Source: Histomonas meleagridis 2922-C6/04-290x (taxonomy: Eukaryota; Protista; Parabasalia). Taken from it: a stretch of DNA of 64,000 nucleotides. The stretch is taken from positions 110,527 through 174,526 of the forward strand of contig JAANOX010000179.1 in NCBI GenBank assembly GCA_020184695.1, in the 5' to 3' direction. Under the pieces are notes generated by a model. It searched no databases. It was not told the DNA's origin and was given only the letters and a program-made list of their open reading frames with translations. Of this stretch, positions 12,001 through 21,185 are shown piece after piece. How positions within the stretch are numbered: position 1 is the stretch's first letter; every line of letters starts with the position of its first letter. A program made the position numbers and the translations under genes.

Positions 12001-15000
12001 TTAATGGAGAAATGTTTAGATAATTTAGAATCTTTATCATTATTAACGATCTTAAATCAAATGCTTTTATTAGAGAAAGTCCCATCACAATTTTATGCAT
12101 TAATATCAAACTCAATCATTAATCGATATTTATTAGTTAATTCTAATCCTCGAAATATTTCATCATTTAATATGGCATTACAATGTTTATCACATTTAGA
12201 AACACCAGAAATATTAATGCATTTAAATAATTTACATAATGGACGTACAAGTTATAATGAATGGAGAATTGATGGTGATGCTACAACAGTATCTTCAACA
12301 GGTTATAGTGGTTTAGTTAATTTAGGTGCTACATGTTTCTTAAATTCGACATTACAACAATTTTATGGTATTCCTTTATTACGGAAATCGATTATCGAAT
12401 ATAATGGTGAAGATAAATTTATGTTACAATTAAGAGAACTTTTTGCTAAATTATTATTATCAAAAGGTCATTCAATAACTACTGAAAACTTAGTAAAAGA
12501 ATGGACTGGTTGGGATGGAGAGAAAATGAATCCACGTGTTCAACAAGATGCATGTGAATTTGTACAAGTATTAATTGATAAGCTTGAGAAAGGTTTAGGT
12601 ATTAACTTTATAAAGGATTTATTTTTAGGGACAACAATTGATACTATTGAAGGTATTAATGAAGATTATCATTCGAATTCTTCACCACAACCATTTTATA
12701 CTTTTACATTACCAATTTCTCAAGCAAAAGATATCTTTATGGCATTTGATAACTTTCAACAACCTGATTATTTCATTGGATCTAATCAATATTTTGCTGA
12801 AAGTTTAAATAAAAAAATCGATGCTAAAAAGTTTGCATCGTTAGGTAAATTACCAAGATATTTAATTATCCAATTATCACGATTTGAATTTGATTATAAT
12901 ACATGGGAACGAAAGAAGATTAATTCAGTATTTGAATTTCCAATGGAATTAAATGTTCAACAATATACTATTAATGAAAATGAAGATTATAATTATAAGT
13001 TAAGTGGTATAATAATACATTCAGGTACAGCTAATTTCGGACATTATTATTCTTATGTTCGAAATCGATTTACTGATAAATGGTATGATTTTAATGATTC
13101 TTATGTTACTGAAATTAATGAAGAAGATTTATTAAAGTCTTCTTATGGTGATAATCCAGGACATAATGGATATATATTATTTTATGATCGAATAGATAAT
13201 GTTAATAATATTAATGATGTTCCTGATATTGATGATGAATTACGAATGAAAATCGAAGAAGAAAATCATTTAAATGATGAATATCGTTTGTTTTGTTCAA
13301 CTGCTTATTTCGAATATATGAAACAAATTGTTAAAAAAGATAATTTGAACTTCGTTAAAATCGCAATTCAATATTACTTTGATACATTTCCTTTTACGAC
13401 CCATATATTAAATGCTAAAGATTTATATGAGCCAATTTTAAAGGCATTAAATAATAATGAATATTTATGTAATGAATTCCAACAATTTCTAATGGAAAAT
13501 GAAATTTATAGTTGTGCTTTAGTATATTGTCCTGCAAATATATTACGAAAAGGTGCAATGAAAATGTTCAAATATTTAAATTATGATTTATTTAATGAAC
13601 ATTTTGTTGAAGACTTTTATAAAGTTATTAATGATATAATTCCTTATTATCGATGTTTTAATGAATATTTCGAAGTACTTTCATATCTTTTGAGTAATGA
13701 TAACTTTTATAATTATTCGATGCATACATTAAAGAATAATATATTATATGAATTAGTAGTTAATGAAATTCCAAAATATTTAAGTGATAAACCTCAAATA
13801 AAACCATCTTATTTCTATGGCGGATTAAACTTTAGTGGTATCTTTAATTGCATTTGTAAATTTAAAGAAATTGATGAACAATTTATTAGTTATATATTAA
13901 ATGAAGAGTTTCTTATTAATTTAATTAATTCTCCTACAAAATTAATATCAATTATTAACTTATTAAATAGTTTTAATAACAATGAAAAAGTTTATGAATT
14001 TATTCAACAATTTATAATTCATTCAAGTATATATTTGCCTTACTTCAAAATTATTCCAATGGTATTCGAAATGTTTAATAGTAACGCATTTGATATAATC
14101 GATAAATGTCATTTTAGAGTTGGTGAAAACCAAAGTAATGATTTCGATTTAAGTTGTGCGATAATATCCGCAATGATGAAATCTGAAAACATAAAACAAA
14201 TTATGTTACAAAATTTAGATAAATGGTTAATACGATTATTAACTAATGAAAATTTAAATTGTAGAACAGTTGCACAATATATAATCGCATTTATTGTACC
14301 ACATGAAATGTTTAATGATAGTTTGATTTCTTTCCCTGTTCATGAATATTCGCGTCTATTTAATAATATCGAATTTAAAGCAAAAGAAATTAATGATGAA
14401 ATGTTAAATAACGCAAATATGATTTTAAGTTATTTCATTGATAATTATGAAGAATTCGTAGTTGTTATGAATCAAAATGATAATTTGGGAGATCAATACT
14501 TAAATTTACTTGAAATTTTAGCAAAAATTTTGAACCAAAATATTGGAAATGTTTTAATTAATATTTTGGAGAAGCTTCAAAGTAAGAAGCAAAAATTCGA
14601 TTTACACTCAAAACAAATATTAAATATGCTCGTGAAAATGTATCCAAATGAAGTTAATTTGGATTTGATCGTTTCTTCAATGCCTGATTTGAACGTTAAG
14701 GCGGCCCCATCACAATATCCAAAGATCATTCAATTTTTCGAAGCAATTGAACCGATGGTTGATCAAATTGAATTTTCTGAAGACTTTGTCAAATTCTTCA
14801 TTGAAAATGTTGCTTTCACTCAATTTCAATTTGCCATTTTGAAATTCAAAGTCGTTGCAACTTTTCTACACAAAATCGCCCCAATTTTCTCAGAAATTTT
14901 GAAGGAATACGTTGTCAAAAATTTCAATAGGATTGTAAAGAAAAATTATTCGGCACTTTTAATTTCACTTGAAAGCATTCAAATGAAAATGCCACTTTTG

Positions 15001-15747
15001 AATACTTTACCAGCGGCTATTGGGCTTAAACAATATTTTACAATGGATGAATTAATTATAAAAAGCTTTGAATTAAACGAAGGCGAAGTCACAGAAATTA
15101 AGCCTATGATTAGCTTTTTAAACTCACCCGAAATTAGTTCAACATCTCGCCAATATATTTGGGAATTATTATATCAAAATCCGATTTCCTTTAGTGAATT
15201 CTCATCTATTTATTCATGGAATGAAGATCTTTATAATTATACGAAATATTTATTGATCATTAATGATGGCAAAGATATCATTATTGAAAATTCCAAGAAA
15301 TCGATTGAAGCGTTATCATTATCATATAACTATTTATTAGAAAACGAGAAAGATATATTAATGTCGCCATTGTTTTATAATGCCGTTTTACGAAATGAAA
15401 TTAAACCGGAATACATCGATTTGATCATTGATTATATCACTGCGTTAACCAATGGTAAGTCAAATGAACAAAAGGAAATCATCATTTCGCCAATTGTAAA
15501 ATCATTAAATTATCGGGTGAAGTTCTTAAACGATGTGTTGGAGGACTTAAGACAAAACGCAATTGCCCAAAGCGATTTGATGCCGTTGTTTACACCAATT
15601 CGAATCCTGATAAGAATCGGAGTCGGAAATGAGGAACTGCTGGGCAACGTGAGGAAACTGATACAAAATTGCGAAAGGAAAATGAGCGAAATAAAATTGG
15701 ATGAGCTGCAGGCGCTTAGGAATATGTTGGTCGAATTGATAAATTGA
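9046..15747 (+). CDS. Giant ubiquitin-specific protease (C19; USP9X/24/34-like architecture)
   Basis: Cys box GLVNLGATCFLNSTLQQF, QQDACEF, His box LSGIIIHSGTANFGHYYSY, WYDFNDS. Start moved from TTG 9031 to the first ATG at 9046. Confidence 0.92.
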   Translation: MNPEEDFPTWIMIVSTTLDSIDDFAMFVPQFERLFQTIIETGELPDPIKNYKEQFYNSVYTSLLQKMLTMGTMSEESNQTILNFFKLVINFTNYGIKTSNSLITRFLSLIFIKNSYPLYQNNTKFDFFNKICKYSYECDAYSNAYEALKKLPPISFIYDYFVIIITVSNHDKSFNFWEFAKTCASGIKKACEENMRSAQTSQISQLQEYIRFNALNQNAINSSYVIDWLEIYKLFVKSEFFEKQLAGVKGIASIISEQRFIGTVIQWFTSPDNLDLFSGNIMHPEFMPSYSIILSYLSEHNVLTPEFLTKLWSLHNVQHENEQFQFFSIFNSIAKKLNVELIVGLTNMVLNPNVINENWLKFITQYGIIIGTRNDSYESFELVRDKLFEICFSDNELSNNAKDSLSMLLPYYLTSERLEEYSEKLIEFGNESLIFTLLQNAVSTSTIDSLELIHKLVSIAIDYLVSHEDINSCFSFLFNICFKNEFVIPENYLDELFSIYDTCSTFKTFVISLIQSELISFDYLEQFIENMPLEKVNFDFFEITKEFISKINNYSGTVKEIPLKQEHLLWKYSIFNSSQRENFSKYLCEIYSSNDGIILQDYQIMNIFILTWRQYFDNKTDETINGLLILLRTFIITIENDVDISMFGVKRHCLNADDEKIIVEVIGMNLPAKQVHTVSLSMKVKALKYRISKTAMIPMYKFKLIANQNTLDENENILKYVSTISPKPEKLILNVSILEPKRYLPFVHERNCLPSTIISQSDLIDELLDLLKQNNQEVKLLLDYLPTNISTILSLKQISKRNTFNYTDFLPYNFPSLFMYNFEVLISSFDDKMKIDFERTNGFIYLIEFFEHNSYPIEIVKFLSKNLSKELVVKYSQKIFDSFSPKLFIFGEEGNEYNFNTINEFLIQIATTENVNINVNDEFNSSIQILMFSRFDFVKNNGKVLLDILQIPLNVFEEILPNIPQELEEDFYSFVIPHVKEFSEILMEKCLDNLESLSLLTILNQMLLLEKVPSQFYALISNSIINRYLLVNSNPRNISSFNMALQCLSHLETPEILMHLNNLHNGRTSYNEWRIDGDATTVSSTGYSGLVNLGATCFLNSTLQQFYGIPLLRKSIIEYNGEDKFMLQLRELFAKLLLSKGHSITTENLVKEWTGWDGEKMNPRVQQDACEFVQVLIDKLEKGLGINFIKDLFLGTTIDTIEGINEDYHSNSSPQPFYTFTLPISQAKDIFMAFDNFQQPDYFIGSNQYFAESLNKKIDAKKFASLGKLPRYLIIQLSRFEFDYNTWERKKINSVFEFPMELNVQQYTINENEDYNYKLSGIIIHSGTANFGHYYSYVRNRFTDKWYDFNDSYVTEINEEDLLKSSYGDNPGHNGYILFYDRIDNVNNINDVPDIDDELRMKIEEENHLNDEYRLFCSTAYFEYMKQIVKKDNLNFVKIAIQYYFDTFPFTTHILNAKDLYEPILKALNNNEYLCNEFQQFLMENEIYSCALVYCPANILRKGAMKMFKYLNYDLFNEHFVEDFYKVINDIIPYYRCFNEYFEVLSYLLSNDNFYNYSMHTLKNNILYELVVNEIPKYLSDKPQIKPSYFYGGLNFSGIFNCICKFKEIDEQFISYILNEEFLINLINSPTKLISIINLLNSFNNNEKVYEFIQQFIIHSSIYLPYFKIIPMVFEMFNSNAFDIIDKCHFRVGENQSNDFDLSCAIISAMMKSENIKQIMLQNLDKWLIRLLTNENLNCRTVAQYIIAFIVPHEMFNDSLISFPVHEYSRLFNNIEFKAKEINDEMLNNANMILSYFIDNYEEFVVVMNQNDNLGDQYLNLLEILAKILNQNIGNVLINILEKLQSKKQKFDLHSKQILNMLVKMYPNEVNLDLIVSSMPDLNVKAAPSQYPKIIQFFEAIEPMVDQIEFSEDFVKFFIENVAFTQFQFAILKFKVVATFLHKIAPIFSEILKEYVVKNFNRIVKKNYSALLISLESIQMKMPLLNTLPAAIGLKQYFTMDELIIKSFELNEGEVTEIKPMISFLNSPEISSTSRQYIWELLYQNPISFSEFSSIYSWNEDLYNYTKYLLIINDGKDIIIENSKKSIEALSLSYNYLLENEKDILMSPLFYNAVLRNEIKPEYIDLIIDYITALTNGKSNEQKEIIISPIVKSLNYRVKFLNDVLEDLRQNAIAQSDLMPLFTPIRILIRIGVGNEELLGNVRKLIQNCERKMSEIKLDELQALRNMLVELIN

Positions 15748-16215
15748 TTTATGGAAAACTGCACTTATGATTGCATAGGTAAAGAAAATTAAAATTTTTC
15801 GTTTTTGTTGTTGACGCGAATTTTATTTTTGGTGCATAATCTTCAATAACAAATTTTTGTATTGCCATTCGATTTTGTGTAAAAAGGGAGATACGTTTAA
15901 ATGATGATAGCATTTTCAGATTAATTTCATTTTATGTGATTTATTGAGCTTAAATCATCTGGTATTATTTTTTGCAAAACTTCTTCCGTTTATAAATGGC
16001 GCCATTCTGTAGGACCAATCATTTGACCGGTTAGTTTATTATATTAGTTTTATGATATTTTTCATTTGATTTTTATTTATTTTTATAAATTGTAATTAAA
16101 AATAAGTCATAACATTCATATGATTTTTTGCAGACTTATTCAGTTTTAATTAAATCGATGTATTAAAATTAAAAAGCAGATAATTCATTTTCGCAATAGA
16201 AAAAAGTTTTATTAT

Positions 16216-16794
16216 TTAATTACAACATGTTGATTCGTCTTTTTTTATGTTTCTGCTTATAAGAACTGTTGGCACTTCGTCAATCTTTGGCTGGCTTCGA
16301 GGTTGTACGGCGGCTCTCGCAAGCCCCATAAACGCATCGCTCACGCCAATGTTATTAAGTGCGCTAGTCTCAAAATATGAGCATCCATTTTCTTCGGCAA
16401 AACTAATGGCTTCTTCTAATTCAATGACTCTTTCCGAATCAGACTTGTTTCCGACAAGAATAATAGGTGCATCAGGTTCGAGGCTTTTGAAAAGTTTGAT
16501 CCATTCGGGAATATCATCAAAAGATGCTTTTGATGTAAGATCAAAAACAACCATTGCTGCCTTTGACCTTTTACAATATAGAGGAATGGCATCGCGAAAG
16601 CTGTCTTGTCCTGCTGTGTCCCATACTTGCAGAGTATAACTTTCTTTATCAATTTCAACTGTATGATAACGTGTTCCTGCACCTAGAGTTGGAAGTCTAT
16701 TTGGCTCAAAAAAGCCATCGCACCAACGTGTAATGAGAGTTGTCTTTCCAACAGAAGTACTTCCAAGAAGAATGACTTTAATGTTATCGCACAT
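16216..16794 (-). CDS. Rab-family small GTPase
   Basis: GSTSVGKT, WDTAGQD, GNKSD, ETSAL and C-terminal CCN prenylation motif. First ATG at 16794. Confidence 0.92.
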   Translation of the reverse strand: MCDNIKVILLGSTSVGKTTLITRWCDGFFEPNRLPTLGAGTRYHTVEIDKESYTLQVWDTAGQDSFRDAIPLYCKRSKAAMVVFDLTSKASFDDIPEWIKLFKSLEPDAPIILVGNKSDSERVIELEEAISFAEENGCSYFETSALNNIGVSDAFMGLARAAVQPRSQPKIDEVPTVLISRNIKKDESTCCN

Positions 16795-17281
16795 TTGGTT
16801 CACTTTTTCAGAATGTCAAAACCGTAAAATAATTTAAAACAAAAATATCTTGGAAAATATTCAATATTATAAAGTTATATTAATAAAATAATTTATAAAT
16901 AAATTCATAATAATAAATTTAAATCGTTATCATCATTGAAAAAAATCGATGAATATTCAATTATTCGTGAAAAAGCAATTTTTTCACATGGCTAATATGG
17001 TGCCTTAAATGGATTATTTTAATTTTGTTTGAAAAGTTGGGAAATTTTATTAATTGTATTTGGAATCTAATAAAAACTTTTTTTCGATATGAATATCTAA
17101 ATTCACATATTCAAATGAATTCAAAATATTAAAATAAAAATATCTCAAAATTATCAGGATGATTTCCAAAAAATATGAGAATTTTTAGAAAAGAATACTT
17201 GAATATTATAATGTAATTTTTTAGTTTGCTATGACAATATCCCAATAACCGCATTCCGCAGAATGCATCGATATCCTCTTT

Positions 17282-19942
17282 TCAATTTTTGCTTGATTTA
17301 GCCCTAATTAATTTAACTATTTCTGTATAACCTTTTTCAGATGCCAAAATAAGTGCTGTTCTAAATAATTTCAATAATTTCCAAATATTATTTTGAATTT
17401 CTAAATTATTAAAACAAATATAAAATAAAACAAATAAATACTTTTGGCATTAATATCAATTCCTTTTTGTTCAAGAAGTAATTTAACTATTTCTGTATAA
17501 CCATTTTCAGATGCAATCATAAGTGCTGTCCAAAATATTTAAAATAATTTCCAAATATTATTTTGAATTTCTAAATTATTAAAATAAATCCAAAATAAAA
17601 CAAATAAATATTTTTAACATTAATATCAATTCCTTTTTGTTCAAGAAAGAATTTAACTATTTCTGTATAACCATTTTCAGATGCGACATAAAGTGCAGTT
17701 CTAAATAATTTAAATAATTTCCAAATATTATTATGAAATCCAAAACTATTAAAATAAATATTAAATAAAGCAAATAAATATTTTTAGCATTAATATCAAT
17801 TCCTTTTTGTTCAAGAAGTAATTTAACTATTTCTGTATAACCATTTTCAGATGCCCAAATAAGTACTGTTCGAAATATTTTAAATAATTTCCAGATATTA
17901 TTTTGAATTTCTAAATTATTAAAATAAATATCAAATAAAACATATAAATATTTTTAACATTAATATCAATTCCTTTTTGTTCAAGAAGTAATTTAACTAT
18001 TTCTGTATAACCATTTTCAGATGCTAAAATAAGTGCTGTTCTAAATAATTTCAATAATTTCCAAATATTATTTTGAAATAATAAATTATTAAAATAAATA
18101 TCAAATAAAACATATAAATATTTTTATCATTAATATCAATTCCTTTTTGTTCAAGAAGTAATTTAACTATTTCTGTATGACCTTTTGAAGATGCTAAAAT
18201 AAGTGCTGTTCTAAATAATTTCAATAATTTCCAAATATTATTTTGAAATATCAAATTATTAAAACAAATATAAAATAAAACAAATAAATACTTTTATCAT
18301 TAATATCAATTCCTTTTTGTTCAAGAAGTAATTTAACTATTTCTGTATGACCTTTTGAAGATGCTAAAATAAGTGCTGTTCTAAATAATTTCAATAATTT
18401 CCAAATATTATTTTGAAATATCAAATTATTAAAACAAATATAAAATAAAACAAATAAATACTTTTATCATTAATATCAATTCCTTTTTGTTCAAGAAGTA
18501 ATTTAACTATTTCTGTATAACCATATTTCGATGCTAAAATAAGTGCTGTTCTAAATAATTTCAATAATTTCCAAATATTATTTTGAAATATCAAATTATT
18601 AAAATAAATATCAAATAAAACATATAAATATTTTTAACATTAATATCAATTCCTTCTTGTTCAAGAAGTAATTTAACGATTTCTGTATGACCATTTTGAG
18701 ATGCCCAAATAAGAAGTGCTGTTTCAAATATTTTATATAATTTCCAAATATTATTTTGAAATATTCCAAAATTATTAAAATAAATCCAAAATAAAACAAA
18801 TAAATATCTTTATCATTAATATCAATTCCTTCTTGTTCAAGAAGTAATTTAACTATTTCTGTATAACCATTTTCAGATGCTAAAATAAGTGCTGTTTTAA
18901 ATAATTTTAATAATTTCCAAATATTATTTTGAAATATCAAATTTTTAAAATAAATATCAAATAAAACATATAAATATTTTTAACATTAATATCAATTCCT
19001 TTTTGTTCAAGAAGTAATTTAACTATTTCTGTATAACCATTTTCAGATGCTAAAATAAGTGCTGTTCTAAATAATTTCAATAATTTCCAAATATTATTTT
19101 GAAATAATAAATTATTAAAATAAATATCAAATATAACAAATAAATATTTTTAGCATTAATATCAATTCCTTCTTGTTCAAGAAGTAATTTAACTATTTCT
19201 GTATGACCTTTTGAAGATGCTAAAATAAGTGCTGTTCTAAATAATTTAAATAATTTCCAAATATTATCTTGAAATATAAAATTATTACAATAAATATTAA
19301 ATAAAACAAATAAATTTTATCTTTAGCATTAATATCAATTCCTTCTTGTTCAAGAAGTAATTTAACTATTTTTTTATGATCATTTTCTGAAGCAAAAATA
19401 AGTGCTGTTTGAAATAATTTAAATAATTTCCAAATATTCTTATTCAATATTGAATCATTTAAATAAATTATATCTTTAGCATTAATATCAATTCCTTTTT
19501 GTTCAAGAAGTAATTTAACAATTTCTCTATTACTATACCTTGCTGCATACATAAGTACAGTTCTAAATAATTGATATAATTTTCAAATATTATTATCAAA
19601 TATTAAATCATTTAAATAAATTATATCTTTAGCATTAATATCAATTCCTTTTTGTTCAAGAAGTAATTTAACTATTTCACTATTACAATATCTTGCTCCA
19701 TACATAAGTAATGTTTTAAATATTTTATATAATTTTGAAATATCATTATCAAATATTAAATCGCTTTGATAAATATTTGTTATATTTACATCAATTCCTT
19801 TTCGTTCAATAAGTAATTTTACTATTTCGATATGACCTTTTTTACATCCATTAACAATAATTTTTTTCAAAGTTTCAATTTCATTAAAACATTTAATGAT
19901 ACAACAAACAAATATAATAAACATTAAATAAGATAATTAAAT
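17282..19942 (-). repeat. Array of 16 ankyrin-coding cassettes, each preceded by an AT-rich spacer (period mostly 170 bp)
   Basis: Cassette T-A-L-I-L-A-S-x-x-G-x-T-E-I-V-K-L-L-L-E-Q-K-G-I-D-I-N-x-K-[N/D/S], usually 90 nt. In gene order the spacers are 69, 60, 63, 63, 83, 80, 80, 83, then eight of 80 nt. The last cassette ends ...IVKLIRAKSSKN-TGA (17282-17284). Confidence 0.92.
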
Positions 19943-20950
19943 ATTTTCATTCGCGTCAATTCCTTCTTTTTTAGCATATCCAATAATTTCATCATCTTTA
20001 ACTTCGTTCGAACAACCAAAATGAGGAATATTTTCCTCAATTTTTGATCTAATTGAAGTTATAAGTTGTTGTAATTCTTCTGAGTCATTTGAGAAATTAT
20101 TTTCCTTTTTAAATAAAGGTATTAAAATATTAATAATTTTACAAATTGTTTTACCATTTAAAACATTTTCTCTTTTGATAATATTTGCTTCAATTTCAGA
20201 AAATAATTGTGTTATTTCATACCAATAAAGTTCACGTTCATTTTCACTCGATTCATTTGATGATGATTGAGGTCCGGCTTTCGTTATAAGTAAAAGTGAT
20301 GAATCTAAATCATTACCAAAGGATTCAACCCGTGAACAAATTTTCGCAATTCGATTTTGAATTTGTTCTTTCATTCGCTCTAAATTTGTTGAATAATTAG
20401 TTTCAACATTATTAACATAAAGAATTGGTTGACAGAAATGCTCATTTTCAATCGTTGGGAATGCCTTTTTAAGTAAAAAATTATATTCAACGCTTTCTAA
20501 AATAAGTCGTATGTTCGATCCAAATGGTTCTCCTTTATTAACATATATTGAAACAGTACAAACTTGAAGAAGTGCTAACAAACCAATATCTTCAACAGGT
20601 GAATTAATGCCTCGTGTATCAACAAAATATATATCATCTTCGTCATGAGCATCATTGGTTTGTGTGTTCATTTTCTCTTGCAAATCTTTAAGTTTAAATG
20701 GTCCAATAATACTGATTTCTTTGGTCTGCTTAATTTCAAATGGTTTTTTATAAAAAACACAGTATTTGTTATCCTTATCCCCAGGGCCATTGATAATTTG
20801 ATTTAAGATCGAACTTTTGCCGACATTTGTTTTTCCATAAATAATTACAAGATGGGGTCTTTTTGATAAAGTCAACATTTCTATAACTTTCGGGTTGATG
20901 ACAACATTGCCTTCTTTGTCATTTAATAAAAACGGAATTGGTTGAAACAT
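19937..20950 (-). CDS. GBP/atlastin-like P-loop GTPase domain, probably the N-terminal part of a GTPase-ankyrin gene (17282-20950)
   Basis: GBP-like N-terminus PIPFLLNDKEGNVVINPKVIEML, P-loop GKTNVGKS and DTRG. The ORF ends EGIDANENI*, an ankyrin-repeat end followed by the first spacer. Confidence 0.7.
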   Translation of the reverse strand: MFQPIPFLLNDKEGNVVINPKVIEMLTLSKRPHLVIIYGKTNVGKSSILNQIINGPGDKDNKYCVFYKKPFEIKQTKEISIIGPFKLKDLQEKMNTQTNDAHDEDDIYFVDTRGINSPVEDIGLLALLQVCTVSIYVNKGEPFGSNIRLILESVEYNFLLKKAFPTIENEHFCQPILYVNNVETNYSTNLERMKEQIQNRIAKICSRVESFGNDLDSSLLLITKAGPQSSSNESSENERELYWYEITQLFSEIEANIIKRENVLNGKTICKIINILIPLFKKENNFSNDSEELQQLITSIRSKIEENIPHFGCSNEVKDDEIIGYAKKEGIDANENI

Positions 20951-21185
20951 ATGTTGATAAAAAAAAAATAAGCTCTTGTGTTACGATCAAAATATGTACA
21001 AAAAGTGGAATAACGTCATAAAAAAAATGCCACGCTCTAAAAAAAATGCCGGTGTGTTATTCCGAATATTTTAAATGCATTACACAAAAGTGACGGAACG
21101 ATCTGAATACTTAACAACAAAATATATTTTCTGTCACTTCATAATTATATACGCTTTTTTTAAATTAAAAATATATAAAAAATTT

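Noticed and set aside
17230-17281. GC-rich hairpin GCATTC-CGCA-GAATGC just after the array's TGA (SECIS/readthrough idea)
   Set aside because: The stem is only 6 bp with no SECIS core. The frame continues as coding-like sequence, as do the tails of the other two loci, so it is probably former coding DNA.
18040-18119. Canonical 71-nt GT-AG intron (ATTTATAT|GT...TTTAG|A ACA) restoring a 33-aa repeat
   Set aside because: It works only for units ending AGA. The AG is absent in units ending TGG, CGA, GAA, AAA or CAA, the GT is absent at 55.8 kb, and there is no ACTAAC branch motif.
17357-19873. Frameshifts caused by homopolymer sequencing errors
   Set aside because: The exact 170-bp period in ten units and at a second locus, with whole 20-nt module differences, is not an indel-error pattern.
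17282-19942. CRISPR-like repeat-spacer array
   Set aside because: The spacers are homologous to each other, the repeats encode ankyrin, the context is eukaryotic, and no cas genes are present.
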